Assembly (NCBI RefSeq): GCF_009914755.1
Contig: NC_060937.1
Reading direction: 5' to 3' (one strand)
Length of the DNA: 64,000 nt
Origin: the human T2T-CHM13v2.0 reference genome, Homo sapiens
Shown here piece by piece: positions 30,001 through 48,000 of the stretch (position 1 is its first letter; the number at the start of each line of letters is the position of its first letter). The translations under genes and the position numbers were made by a program. The notes beneath the pieces are model-generated. The model made no database searches. It was not told where the DNA came from and saw only the letters and a list, made by a program, of their open reading frames with translations.

Positions 30001-33000
30001 ATATATATTAGGTACAAAAAATATGAAAGTTCATCAAATATAGATTATATACTGTACATAAAATATCAATGTACAGCAAATATATATTTTATACTCTACA
30101 TGAAATATCAAAGTTCACAAACCATATATTATATACTGTATATAAAATATCAAAGTACCCAAGGTATATATTCTATACTGTACAAAAAATATCAAACTAC
30201 CCAAAGCATGTATTATATACTATACATAAAATATGAGAGTACATCAAATATATATTTTATTCTGTACATAAAATATCAAAGTACACCAGATATATATTCT
30301 ATAGTGTACATAAAATATCAAAGTACACAAAACTATACATTATATACTGTACATAAAATATGAAATTACATCAAATATATATTAGGTACATAAAATATGA
30401 AAGTACATCAAATATAGATTATATACTGTACATAAAATATCAAAGTACCCCAAATATATATTATATACTCTACATGAAATATCAAAGTTCACAAACTATA
30501 TATTATATACCGTACATAAAATATCAAAGTACCCAAGGTATATATTCTATACTGTACAAAAAATATCAAAGTACCTAAAGCATGTATTATATACTGTATA
30601 TAAAATATGAAAGTACATCAAATATATATTTTATTCTGTACATAAAATATCAAAGTACACCAGATTTATATTCTATAGTGTACATAAAATAACAAAGTAC
30701 AAAAACTATAAATTATATACTGTACATAAAATATGAAATTACATCAAATACATGTTAGGTACATAAAATATGAAAGTACATCAAATATAGATTATATACT
30801 GTACATAAAATATCAATGTACCCCAAATATATATTTTATACTCTACATGAAATATCAAAGTTCACAAACCATATATTATATACTGTACATAAAATATCAA
30901 AGTAACCAAGGTATATATTCTATACTGTACAAAAAATACCAAAGTACCCAAAGCATGTATTATATAATGTACATAACATATGAAAGTACATCAAATATAT
31001 ATTTTATTCTGTACATGAAATATCAAAGTACACCAGATATATATTCTATAGTGTACATAAAATATCAAAGTACCCAAACTATACATTATATACTGTACAT
31101 AAAATATGAAATTACATCAAATATATATTATATTAGGTACATAAAATATGAAAGAACATCAAATGTAGATTATATACTGTACATAAAATATAAAAGTACC
31201 CCAAATATATATTATATACTCTACATGAAATATCAAAGTTCACAAACCAAACATTATATACTGTACATAAAATATCAAAGTACCCAAGTTATATATTCTA
31301 TAATGTACAAACAATATCAAAGTAACCAAAGCGTGTATTATATACTGTATATAAAATATGAAATTACATCAAATATATATTTTATTCTGAACATAAAATA
31401 TCAAAGTACACCAGATATATATTCTATATTGTACATAAAATATCAAAGTACCCAAACTATACATTATATACTGTACATAAAATATGAAATTACATCAAAT
31501 ATATATTATATTAGGTACATAAAATACGAAAGTACATCAAACATAGATTATATACTGTACATAAAATATCAAAGTACCCCAAATATATATTACATACTCT
31601 ACATGAAATATCAAAGTTCACAAACTATATATTATATACTGTACATAAAATATCAAAGTACCCAAGGTACATATTCTATACTGTACAAAAAATATCAAAG
31701 TACACAAAGCATGTATTATATACTGTACATAAAATATGAAAGTACATCAAATATATATTTTATTCTTTACATAAAATATCAAAGTACACCAGATATATAT
31801 TCTATAGTGTACATAAACTCTCAAAGTACCCAAACTATACATTATTTACTGTACATAAAATATGAAATGACATCAAATATATATTAGGTACATAAAATAT
31901 GAAAGTACATCAAATATAGTTTATATACTGTACATAAAATATCAAAGTACCCCAAATAAATATTATATACTCTACATGAAATATCAAAGTTCACAAACCA
32001 TATATTATATACTGTACATAAAATATCAAAGTACCCAAGGTATATATTCTATACTATACAAAAAACATCAAAGTACCCAAAGCATGTATTATATACTGTA
32101 CATAAAATATGAAAGTACATCAAATATATATTTTATTCTGTACATAAAATATCAAAGTACACCAGATATATATTCTATAGTGTACATAAAATAACAAAGT
32201 ACACAAACTATACATTATACACTGTACATAAAATATGAAATTACATCAAATATATATTAGGTACATAAAATATGAAAGTACATCAAATATAGATTATATA
32301 CTGTACATAAAATATCAAAGTACCCCAGATATATATTATATACTCTACATGAAATATCAAATTTCACAAACTATATATTATATACTGTACATAAAATATC
32401 AAAGTACCCAAGTGATATATTCTATACTGTACAAAAAATATCAAAGTACCCAAAGCATGTATTATATACTGTATATAAAATATGAAAGTACATCAAATAT
32501 ATATTTTATTCTGTACATAAAATATCAAAGTACACCAGATATATATTCTATAGTGTACATAAAATAACAAAGTACACAAACTATAAATTATATACTGTAC
32601 ATAAAATATGAAATTACATCAAATATATATTAGGTACATAAAATATGAAAGTACATCAAATATAGATTATATACTGTACATAAAATATCAAAGTACCCCA
32701 AATATATATTATATACTGTACATGAAATATCAAAGTTCACAAACTATATATTATATACTGTACATAAAATATCAAAGTACCCAAGGTATATATTCTATAC
32801 TGTACAAAAAATATCAAAGTACCCAAAGCATGTAGTATATACTGTACATAAAATATCAAAGTACCCCAAATATATATTATATACTCTACATGAAATATCA
32901 AAGTTCACAAACTATATATTATATACTGTACATAAAATATCAAAGTACCCAAGGTATATATTCTATACTGTACAAAAAATATCAAAGTACACAAAGCATG

Positions 33001-36000
33001 TATTATATACTGTACATAAAATATGAAAGTACATCAAATATATATTTTATTCTGTACATAAAATATCAAAGTACACCAGATATATATTCTATAGTGTACA
33101 TAAAATAACAAAGTACACAAACTATAAATTATATACTGTACATAAAATATGAAATTACATCAAATATATATTAGGTACAAAAAATATGAAAGTACATCAA
33201 ATATAGATTATATACTGTACATAAAATATCAATGTACAGCAAATATATATTTTATACTCTACATGAAATATCAAAGTTCACAAACCATATATTATATACT
33301 GTACATAAAATATCAAAGTACCCAAGGTATATATTCTATACTGTACAAAAAATATCAAACTACCCAAAGCATGTATTATATACTATACATAAAATATGAG
33401 AGTACATCAAATATATATTTTATTCTGTACATAAAATATCAAAGTACACCAGATATATATTCTATAGTGTACATAAAATATCAAAGTACCCAAACTATAC
33501 ATTATATACTGTACATAAATTATGAAATTACATCAAATATATATTATATTAGGTACATAAAATATGAAAGAACATCAAATGTAGATTATATACTGTACAT
33601 AAAATATCAAAGTACCATAAATATATATTATATACTCTACATGAAATATCAAAGTTCACAAACCATACATTATATACTGTACATAAAATATCAAAGTACC
33701 CAAGGTATATATTCTATAATGTACAAAAAATATCAAAGTAACCAAAGCGTGTATTATATACTGTATATAAAATATGAAATTACATCAAATATATATTTTA
33801 TTCTGAACATAAAATATCAAAGTACACCAGATATATATTCTATATTGTACATAAAATATCAAAGTACCCAAACTATACATTATATACTGTACATAAAATA
33901 TGAAATTACATCAAATATATATTATATTAGGTACATAAAATACGAAAGTACATCAAACATAGATTATATACTGTACATAAAATATCAAAGTACCCCAAAT
34001 ATATATTACATACTCTACATGAAATATCAAAGTTCACAAACTATATATTATATACTGTACATAAAATATCAAAGTACCCGAGGTACATATTCTATACTGT
34101 ACAAAAAATATCAAAGTACCCAAAGCATGTATTATATACTGTATATAAAATATGAAAGTACATCAAATATATATTTTATTCTGTACGTAAAATATCAAAG
34201 TACACCAGATATATATTCTATAGTGTACATAAAATAACAAAGTACAAAAACTATAAATTATATACTGTACATAAAATATGAAATTACATCAAATACATAT
34301 TAGGTACATAAAATATGAAAGTACATCAAATATAGATTATATACTGTACATAAAATATCAAAGTACCCCAAATATATATTATATACTCTACATGAAATAT
34401 CAAAGTTCACAAACTATATATTATATACTGTACATAAAATATCAAAGTACCCAAGGTATATTTTCTATACTGTACAAAAAATATCAAAGTACACAAAGCA
34501 TGTATTATATACTGTATATAAAATATGAAAGTACATCAAATATATATTTTATTCTGTACATAAAATATCAAAGTACACCAGATATATATTCTATAGTGTA
34601 CATAAAATAACAAAGTACACAAACTATAAATTATATACTGTACATAAAATATGAAATTACATCAAATATATATTAGGTACATATAATATGAATGTACATC
34701 AAATATAGATTATATACTGTACATATAATATCAATGTACCCCAAATATATATTTTATACTCTACATGAAACATCAAAGTTCACAAACCATATATTTTATA
34801 CTGTACATAAAATATCAAAGTACCCAAGGTATATATTCTATACTGTACAAAAAATATCAAAGTACCCAAAGCATATATTATATACTGTACATAAAATATG
34901 AAAGTACATCAAATATATATTTTATTCTGTACATAAAATATCAAAGTACACCAGATATATATTCTATAGTGTACATAAAATAACAAAGTACACAAACTAT
35001 ACATTATATACTTTACATAAAATATGAAATTACATCAAATATATATTAGGTACATAAAATATGAAAGTACATCAAATATAGATTATATACTGTACATAAA
35101 ATATCAAAGTACCCCAAATATATATTATATACTCTACATGAAATATCAAAGTTCGCAAACTATATATTATATACTGTACATAAAATATCAAAGTACCCAA
35201 GGTATATATTCTATACTGTGCAGAAAATATCAAAGTACCCAAAGCATGTATTATATACTGTATATAAAATATGAAAGTACATCAAATATATATTTTATTC
35301 TGTACATAAAATAACAAAGTACACCAGATATATATTCTATAGTGTACATAAAATAACAAAGTACACAAACTATAAATTATATACTGTACATAAAATATGA
35401 AATTACCTCAAATATATATTAAGTACATAAAATATGAAAGTACATCAAATATAGATTATATACTGTACATAAAATATCAATGTACCCCAAATATATATTT
35501 TATACTCTACATGAAATATCAAAGTTCACAAACCATATATTATATACTGTACATAAAATATCAAACTACCCAAGGTATATATTCTATACTATACAAAAAA
35601 TATCAAAGTACCCAAAACATGTATTATATACTGTACATAAAATATGAAAGTACATCAAATATATATTTTATTCTGTACATAAAATATCAAAGTACACCAG
35701 ATATATATTCTATAGTGTACATAAAATATCAAAGTACCCAAACTATACATTATATGCTATATATAAAATATGAGATTACATCAAATATATATTATATTAG
35801 GTACATAAAATATGAAAGTACATCAAATATAGATTATATACTGTACATAAAATATCAAAGTACCCCAAATATATATTATATACTGTACATGAAATATCAA
35901 ACTTCACAAACTTTATATTATATACTGTACATAAAATATCAAAGTACCCAAGGTATATATTCTATACTGTACAAAAAATATCAAAGTACCCAAAGCATGT

Positions 36001-39000
36001 TTTATATACTGTACATAAAATATGAAAGTACATCAAATATATATTTTATTCTGTACATAAAATATCAAGGTACACCAGATATATATTCTATAGTGTACAT
36101 AAAATAGCAAAGTACACAAACTATAAATTATGTACTGTACATAAAATATGAAATTACATCAAATATATATTACGTACATAAAATATGAAAGTACATCAAA
36201 TGTAGATTATATACTGTACATAAAATATCAATGTACCCCAAATATATATTTTACACTCTACATGAAATATCAAAGTTCACAAACCATATATTATATACTG
36301 TATATAAAATATCAAAGTACCCAAGGTATATATTCTATACTTTACAACAAATATCAAAGTACCCAAAGCATGTATTATATACTGTACATAAAATATGAAA
36401 GTACATGAAATATATATTTTATTCTGTACATAAAATATCAAAGTACACCAGATATATATTCTATAGAGTACATAAAATATCAAAGTACCCAAAGTATAGA
36501 TTATATACTGTACATAAAATATGAAATTACATCAAATATATATTATATTAGGTACATAAAATATGAAAGTACATCAAATATAGATTATATACTGTACATT
36601 AAATACCAAAGTACCCCAAATATATATTTTATACTGTACATGAAATATCAAGGTTCACACACTATATATTATATACTGTACATAAAATATCAAAGTACCC
36701 AAGGTATATATTCTATACTGTACAAAAAATATCAAAGTACCCAAAGCATGTATTATAAACTGTACATAAAATATGAAAGTATATCAAATATATATTTTAT
36801 TCTGTACATAAAATATCAAAGTACACCGGATATATATTCTATAGTGTACATAAAATATCAAATTACCCAAACTATACATTATATACTGTACATAAAATAT
36901 GAAATTACATCAAATATATATTATGTACATAAAATATGAAAGTACATCAAATATAGATTATATACTGTACATAAAATATCAAAGTACCCCAAATATATAT
37001 TATATACTCTACATGAAATATCAAAGTTCACAAACTATATATTATATACTGTACATAAAATATCAAAGTACCCAAGGTATATATTCTATACTGCACAAAA
37101 AAAACAAAGTACCCAAAGCATATATTATATACTGTATATAAAATATGAAAGTTCATCAAATATATATTTTATTCTGTACATAAAATATCAAAATACACCA
37201 GATATATATTCTATAGTGTACATAAAATAACAAAGTACACAATCTATAAATTATATACTGTACATAAAATATGAAATTACATCAAATATATATTAGGTAC
37301 ATAAAATATGAAAGTACATCAAATATAGATTATATACTGTACATATAATATCAATGTACCCCAAATATATATTTTATACTCTACATGAAATATCAACGTT
37401 CACAAACCATATATTATATACTGTACATAAAATATCAAAGTACCCAAGGTATATATTCTATACTGTACAAAAGATATCAAAGTACCCAAAGCATGTATTA
37501 TATACTGTACATAAAATATGAAAGTACATCAAATATATATTTTATTCTGTAAATAAAATATCAAAGTACACCAGATATATATTCTATAGTGTACATAAAA
37601 TATCAAAGTACCCAAACTATACATTATATACTGTACATAAAATATGAAATTACATCAAATATATATTAGGTACATAAAATATGAAAGTACATCAAATATA
37701 GATTATATACTGTACATAAAATATCAAAGTACCCCAAATATATGTTATATACTCTACATGAAATATCAAAGTTCACAAACCATATATTATATACTGTACA
37801 TAAAATATCAAAGTACCCAAGTTATATATTCTATACTATACAAAAAATATCAAAGTACCCAAAGCATGTATTATGTACTGTACATAAAATATGAAAGTAC
37901 ATCAAATATATATTTTATTCTGTAAATAAAATATCAAAGTACACCAGATATATATTCTATAGTGTACATAAAATATCAAAATACCCAAACTATACATTAT
38001 ATACTGTACATAAAATATGAGATTACATCAAATATATATTATATTAGGTACATAAAATATGAAAGTACATCAAATATAGATTATATACTGTACATAAAAT
38101 ATCAAAGTACCCCAAATATATATTATATACTCTACATGAAATATCAAAGTTCACAAACTATATATTTTATACTGTACATAAAATATCAAAGTACCCACGG
38201 TATATATTCTATACTGTACAAAAAATATCAAAGTACCCAAAGGATGTATTATATACTGTATATAAAATAAGAAAGTACATTAAATATATATTTTATTCTG
38301 TACATAAAATATCAAAGTACACCAGATATATATTCTATAGTGTACATAAAATAACAAAGTACACAAACTATAAATTATATACTGTACATAAAATATGAAA
38401 TTACATCAAATATATATTAGGTACATAAAATATGAAAGTACATCAAATATAGATTATATACTGAACATATAATATCAATGTATCCCAAATATATATTTTA
38501 TAATCTACATGAAATATCAAAGTTCAGAAACCGTACATTATATACTGTACATAAAATATCAAAGTACCCAAGGTATATATTCTATACTGTACAAAAAATA
38601 TCAAAGTACCCAAAGCATGTATTATATACTGTACATAAAATATGAAAGTACATCAAATATATATTTTATTCTGTACATAAAATATCAAAGTACACCAGAT
38701 ATATATTCTATAGTGTACATAAACTATCAAAGTACCCAAACTATACATTATTTACTGTACATAAAATATGAAATGACATCAAATATATATTAGGTACATA
38801 AACTATGAAAGTACATCAAATATAGATTATATACTGTACATAAAATATCAAAGTACCCCAAATAAATATTATATACTCTACATGAAATATCAAAGTTCAC
38901 AAACCATATATTATATACTGTACATAAAATATCAAAGTACCCAAGGTATATATTCTATACTATACAAAAAACATCAAAGTACCCAAAGCATGTATTATAT

Positions 39001-42000
39001 ACTGTACATAAAATATGAAAGTACATCAAATATATATTTTATTCTGTACATAAAATATCAAAGTACACCAGATATATATTCTATAGTGTACACAAAATAA
39101 CAAAGTACACAAACTATACATTATACACTGTACATAAAATATGAAATTACATCAAATATATATTAGGTACATAAAATATGAAAGTACATCAAATATAGAT
39201 TATATACTGTACATAAAATATCAAAGTACCCCAAATATATATTATATACTCTACATGAAATATCAAATTTCACAAACTACATATTATATACTGTACATAA
39301 AATATCAAAGTACCCAAGTGATATATTCTATACTGTACAAAAAATATCAAAGTACCCAAAGCATGTATTATATACTGTATATAAAATATGAAAGTACATC
39401 AAATATATATTTTATTCTGTACATAAAATATCAAAGTACACCAGATATATATTCTATAGTGTACATAAAATAACAAAGTACACAAACTATAAATTATATA
39501 CTGTACATAAAATATGAAATTACATCAAATATATATTAGGTACATAAAATATGAAAGTACATCAAATACAGATTATATACTGTACATATAATATTAATGT
39601 ACCCGAAATATATATTTTATACTCTACATGAAACATCAAAGTTCACAAACCATATATTATATACTGTACATAAAATATCAAACTACACAAGGTATATATT
39701 CTATACTGTACAAAAAATATCAAAGTACCCAAAGCATGTATTATATACTGTACATAAAATATGAAATTACATCAAATATATATTTTATTCTGTACATAAA
39801 ATATCAAAGTACACCAGATATATATTCTACAGTGCACATAAAATATCAAAGTACCCAAACTATACATTATATACTGTACATAAAATATGAAATTACATCA
39901 AATATATATTAGGTACATAAAATATGAAAGTACATCAAATACAGATTATATACTGTACATAAAATATCAAAGTATCCCAAATATATATTATATACTGTAC
40001 ATGAAATATCAAAGTTCACAAACTATATATTATATACTATACATAAAATATCAAAGTACCCAAGGTATATATTCTATACTGTACAAAAAATATCAAAGTA
40101 CCCAAAGCATGTAGTATATACTGTACATAAAATATCAAAGTACCCCAAATATATATTATATACTCTACATGAAATATCAAAGTTCACAAACTATATATTA
40201 TATACTGTACATAAAATATCAAAGTACCCAAGGTATATATTCTATACTGTACAAAAAATATCAAAGTACACAAAGCATGTATTATATACTGTATATAAAA
40301 TATGAAAGTACATCAAATATATATTTTATTCTGTACATAAAATATCAAAGTACACCAGATATATATTCTATAGTGTACATAAAATAACAAAGTACACAAA
40401 CTATAAATTATATACTGTACATAAAATATGAAATTACATCAAATATATATTAGGTACATAAAATATGAATGTACATCAAATATAGATTATATACTGTACA
40501 TATAATATCAATGTACTCCAAATATATATTTTATACTCTACATGAAACATCAAAGTTCACAAACCATATATTTTATACTGTACATAAAATATCAAAGTAC
40601 CCAAGGTATATATTCTATACTGTACAAAAAATATCAAAGTACCCAAAGCATATATTATATACTGTACATAAAATATGAAAGTACATCAAATATATATTTT
40701 ATTCTGTACATAAAATATCAAAGTACACCAGATATATATTCTATAGTGTACATAAAATAACAAAGTACACAAACTATACATTATATACTTTACATAAAAT
40801 ATGAAATTACATCAAATATATATTAGGTACATAAAATATGAAAGTACATCAAATATAGATTATATACTGTACATAAAATATCAAAGTACCCCAAATATAT
40901 ATTATATACTCTACATGAAATATCAAAGTTCGCAAACTATATATTATATACTGTACATAAAATATCAAAGTACCCAAGGTATATATTCTATACTGTGCAG
41001 AAAATATCAAAGTACCCAAAGCATGTATTATATACTGTATATAAAATATGAAAGTACATCAAATATATATTTTATTCTGTACATAAAATAACAAAGTACA
41101 CCAGATATATATTCTATAGTGTACATAAAATAACAAAGTACACAAACTATAAATTATATACTGTACATAAAATATGAAATTACCTCAAATATATATTAAG
41201 TACATAAAATATGAAAGTACATCAAATATAGATTATATACTGTACATAAAATATCAATGTACCCCAAATATATATTTTATACTCTACATGAAATATCAAA
41301 GTTCACAAACCATATATTATATACTGTACATAAAATATCAAACTACCCAAGGTATATATTCTATACTATACAAAAAATATCAAAGTACCCAAAACATGTA
41401 TTATATACTGTACATAAAATATGAAAGTACATCAAATATATATTTTATTCTGTACATAAAATATCAAAGTACACCAGATATATATTCTATAGTGTACATA
41501 AAATATCAAAGTACCCAAACTATACATTATATGCTATATATAAAATATGAGATTACATCAAATATATATTATATTAGGTACATAAAATATGAAAGTACAT
41601 CAAATATAGATTATATACTGTACATAAAATATCAAAGTACCCCAAATATATATTATATACTGTACATGAAATATCAAACTTCACAAACTTTATATTATAT
41701 ACTGTACATAAAATATCAAAGTACCCAAGGTATATATTCTATACTGTACAAAAAATATCAAAGTACCCAAAGCATGTTTTATATACTGTACATAAAATAT
41801 GAAAGTACATCAAATATATATTTTATTCTGTACATAAAATATCAAGGTACACCAGATATATATTCTATAGTGTACATAAAATAGCAAAGTACACAAACTA
41901 TAAACTATGTACTGTACATAAAATATGAAATTACATCAAATATATATTAGGTACATAAAATATGAAAGTACATCAAATGTAGATTATATACTGTACATAA

Positions 42001-45000
42001 AATATCAATGTACCCCAAATATATATTTTACACTCTACATGAAATATCAAAGTTCACAAACCATATATTATATACTGTATATAAAATATCAAAGTACCCA
42101 AGGTATATATTCTATACTTTACAACAAATATCAAAGTACCGAAAGCATGTATTATATACTGTACATAAAATATGAAAGTACATGAAATATATATTTTATT
42201 CTGTACATAAAATATCAAAGTACACCAGATATATATTCTATAGAGTACATAAAATATCAAAGTACCCAAACTATAGATTATATACTGTACATAAAATATG
42301 AAATTACATCAAATATATATTATATTAGGTACATAAAATATGAAAGTACATCAAATATAGATTATATACTGTACATTAAATACCAAAGTACCCCAAATAT
42401 ATATTTTATACTGTACATGAAATATCAAGGTTCACACACTATATATTATATACTGTACATAAAATATCAAAGTACCCAAGGTATATATTCTATACTGTAC
42501 AAAAAATATCAAAGTACCCAAAGCATGTATTATATACTGTATATAAAATACGAAAGTTCATCAAATATATATTTTATTCTGTACATAAAATATCAAAATA
42601 CACCGGATATATATTCTATAGTGTACATAAAATAACAAAGTACACAATCTATAAATTATATACTGTACATAAAATATGAAATTACATCAAATATATATTA
42701 GGTACATAAAATATGAAAGTACATCAAATATAGATTATATACTGTACATATAATATCAATGTACCCCAAATATATATTTTATACTCTACATGAAATATCA
42801 ACGTTCACAAACCATATATTATATACTGTACATAAAATATCAAAGTACCCAAGGTATATATTCTATACTGTACAAAAGATATCAAAGTACCCAAAGCATG
42901 TATTATATACTGTACATAAAATATGAAAGTACATCAAATATATATTTTATTCTGTAAATAAAATATCAAAGTACACCAGATATATATTCTATAGTGTACA
43001 TAAAATATCAAAGTACCCAAACTATACATTATATACTGTACATAAAATATGAAATTACATCAAATATATATTAGGTACATAAAATATGAAAGTACATCAA
43101 ATATAGATTATATACTGTACATAAAATATCAAAGTACCCCAAATATATATTATATACTCTACATGAAATATCAAAGTTCACAAACTATATATTATATACT
43201 TTACATAAAATATCAAAGTACCCAAGGTATATATTCTATACTGTGCAAAAAATATCAAAGTACCCAAAGCATGTATTATATACTGTATATAAAATATGAA
43301 AGTACTTCAAATATATATTTTATTCTGTACATAAAATATCAAGGTACACCAGATATATATTCTATAGTGTACATAAAATAGCAAAGTACACAAACTATAA
43401 ATTATATACTGTACATAAAATATGAAATTACATCAAATATATATTAGGTACATAAAATATGAAAGTACATCAAATATAGATTATATGCTGTACATTAAAT
43501 ACCAAAGTACCCCAAATATATATTTTATACTGTACATGAAATATCAAAGTTCACAAACTATATATTATATACTGTACATAAAATATCAAAGTACCCAAGG
43601 TATATATTCTATACTGTACCAAAAATATCAAAGTACCCAAATCACGTATTATATACTGTACATAAAATATGAAGGTACATCAAATATATATTTTATTCTG
43701 TACATAAAATATCAAAGTACACCAGATATATATTCTATAGTGTACATAATATATCAAAGTACCCAAACTATACATTATATACTGTACATAAAATATGAAA
43801 TTACATCAAATCTATATTAGGTACATAAAATATGAAAGTACATCAAATATAGATTATATACTGTACATAAAATATCAAAGTACCCCAAATATATATTATA
43901 TACTCTATATGAAATATCAAAGTTCACAAACTATATATTATATACTGTACATAAAATATCAAAGTACCCAAGGTATATATTCTATACTGTGCAAAAAATA
44001 TCAAAGTACCCAAAGCATGTATTATATACTGTATATAAAATATGAAAGTACATCAAATATATATTTTATTCTGCAGATAAAATATCAAAATACAACAGAT
44101 ATATATTCTATAGTGTACATAAAATAACAAAGTACACAAACTATACATTATATACTGTACATAAAATATGAAATTACATCACATATATATTAGGTACATA
44201 AAATATGAAAGTACATCAAATATAGATTATATACTGTACATATAATATCAACGTACCCCAAATATATATTTTATACTCTACATGAAATATCAAAGTTCAC
44301 AAACCATATATTATATACTGTATATAAAATATCAAAGTACCCAAGGTATATATTCCATAGTGAACAAAAAATATCAAAGTACCCAAAGCATGTATTATAT
44401 ACTGTACATAAAATATGAAAGTACATCAAATATATATTTTATTCTGTACATAAAATATCAAAGTACACCAGATATATATTCTATAGTGTACATAAAATAT
44501 CAAAGTACCCAAACTATAGATTATATACTGTACATAAAATATGAAATTACATCAAATATATATTATATTAGGTACATAAAATATGAAAGTACATCAAATA
44601 TAGATTATATAATGTACATACAATATCAAAGTACCCCAAATATATATTATATACTCTACATGAAATATCAAAGTTCACAAACTATATATTATGTACTGTA
44701 CATAAAATATCAAAGTACCCAAAGTATATATTCTATACTGTACAAAAAATATCAAAGTACCCAAAGCATGTATTATATACTGTATATAAAATATGAAAGT
44801 ACTTTAAATATATATTTTATTCTGTACATAAAATATCAAAGTACACCAGATATATATTCTATAGTGTACATAAAATTGCAAAGTACACAAACTATACATT
44901 ATATACTGTACATAAAATATGAAATTACATCAAATATATATTAGGTACATAAAATATGAAAGTACATCAAATATATATTATATACTGTACATATAATATC

Positions 45001-48000
45001 AATGTACCCCAAATATATATTTTATACTCTACATGAAATATCAAAGTTCACAAACCATACATTATATACTGTACATAAAATATCAAAGTACCCAAGGTAT
45101 ATATTCTATACTGTACAAAAAATATCAAAGTACCCAAGCATGTATTATATACTGTACATAAAATATGAAAGTACATCAAATATATATTTTATTCTGTACA
45201 TAAAATATCAAATTACACCAGATATATATACTATAGTGTACATAAAATATCAAAGTACCCAAACTATACATTATATACTGTACATAAAATATGAAAGTAC
45301 ATAAAATATATATTATATTAGGTACATAAAATATGAAATTACATAAAATATATATTATATTAGTTACATAAAATATGAAAGTACATCAAATATAGATTAT
45401 ATAATGTACATTAAATACCAAACTACCCCAAATATATATTTTATACTGTATATGAAATATCTAACTTCACAAACTATATATTATATACTGTACATAAAAT
45501 ATCAAAGTACCCAAGGTATATATTCTATACTGTACAAAAGATATCAAAGTACCCAAAGCATGTATTATATACTGTACATAAAATATGAAAGTACATCAAA
45601 TATATATTTTATTCTGCACATAAAATATCAAAGTACACCAGATATATATTCTATAGTGTACCTAAAATATCAAAGTATCCAAACTATTTATTACACACTG
45701 TACATAAAATATGAAATTACATCAAATATATATTATATTAGGTACATAAAATATGAAAGTACATCAAATATAGATTATATGCTGTACATTAAATACCAAA
45801 GTACCCCAAATATATATTTTATACTGTACATGAAATATCAAAGTTCACAAACTATATATTATATACTGTACATAAAATATCAAAGTACCCAATGTATATA
45901 TTCCATACTGTACCAAAAATATCAAAGTACCCAAAGCACGTATTATATACTGTACATAAAATATCAAAGTACATCAAATATATATTTTATTCTGTACATA
46001 AAATATCAAAGTACACCAGATATATATTCTATAGTGTACATAAAATATCAAAGTACCCAAACTATACATTATATACTGTACATAAAATATGAAATTATAT
46101 CAAATCTATATTAGGTACATAAAATATGAAAGTACATAAAATATAGATTATATACTGTACATAAAATATCAAAGTACCCCAAATATATATTATATACTCT
46201 ACATGAAATATTAAAGTTCACAAACTATATATTATATACTGTACATAAAATATCAAAGTACCCAAGGTATATATTCTATACTGTGCAAAAAATATCAAAG
46301 TACCCAAAGCATGTATTATATACTGTATATAAAATATGAAAGTACATCAAATATATATTTTATTCTGCACATAAAATATCAAAATACAACAGATATATAT
46401 TCTATAGTGTACATAAAATAACAAAGTACACAAACTATACATTTTATACTGTACATAAAATATGAAATTACATCAAATATATATTAGGTACATAAAATAT
46501 GAAAGCACATCAAATATAGATTATATACTGTACATATAATATCAACGTACCCCAAATATATATTTTATACTCTACATGAAATATCAAAGTTCACAAACTA
46601 TATATTATATACTGTACATAAAATATCAAAGTACCCAAGGTATATATTCCATACTGTACCAAAAATATCAAAGTACCCAAAGCACGTATTATATACTGTA
46701 CATAAAATATGAAAGTACATCGAATATATATTTTATTCTGTACATAAAATATCAAAGTACACCAGATATATATTCTATAGTGTACATAAAATATCAAAGT
46801 ACCCAAACTATACATTATATACTGTACATAAAATATGAAATTACATCAAATATATATTAGGTACATAAAATATGAAAGTACATCAAATATAGATTATATA
46901 CTGTACATAAAATATCAAAATACCCCAAATATATATTATATACTCTACATGAAATATCAAAGTTCACAAACTATATATTATATACTGTACATAAAATATC
47001 AAAGTACCCAAGGTATATATTCTATACTGTGCAAAAAATATCAAAGTACCCAAAGCATGTATTATATACTGTATATAAAATATGAAAGTACATAAAATAT
47101 ATATTTTATTCTGTACATAAAATAACAAAGTACACCAGATATATATTCTATAGTGTACATAAAATAACAAAGTACAAAAACTATAAATTATATACTGTAC
47201 ATAAAATATGAAATTACATCAAATATATATTAAGTACATAAAATATGAAAGTACATCAAATATAGATTATACACTGTACATATAATATCAATGTACCCCA
47301 AATATATATTTTATACTCTACATGAAATATCAAAGTTCACAAACCATACATTATATACTGTACATAAAATATCAAACTACCCAAGGTATGCATTCTATAC
47401 TGTACAAAAAATATCAAAGTACCCAAAGCATGTATTATATACTGTACATAAAATATGAAAGTACATCAAATATATATTTTATTCTGTACATAAAATATCA
47501 AAGTACACCAGATATATATTCTATAGTGTACATAAAATATCAAAATACCCAAACTATACATTATATACTGTACATAAAATATGAAATTACATCAAATATA
47601 TATTAAGTACATAAAATATGAAAGTACATCAAATATAGATTATATACTGTACATAAAATATCAAAGTACCCCAAATATATATTATATACTCTATATGAAA
47701 TATCAAAGTTCACAAACTATATATTATATACTGTACATAAAATATAAAAGTACCCAAGGTATATATTCTATACTGTGCAAAAAATATCAAAGTACCCAAA
47801 GCATGTATTATATACTGTATATAAAATATGAAAGTACATCAAATATATATTTTATTCTGCACATAAAATATCAAAATACAACAGATATATATTCTATAGT
47901 GTACATAAAATAACAAAGTACACAAACTATACATTATATACTGTACATAAAATATGAAATTACATCAAATATATATTAGGTACATAAAATATGAACGTAC

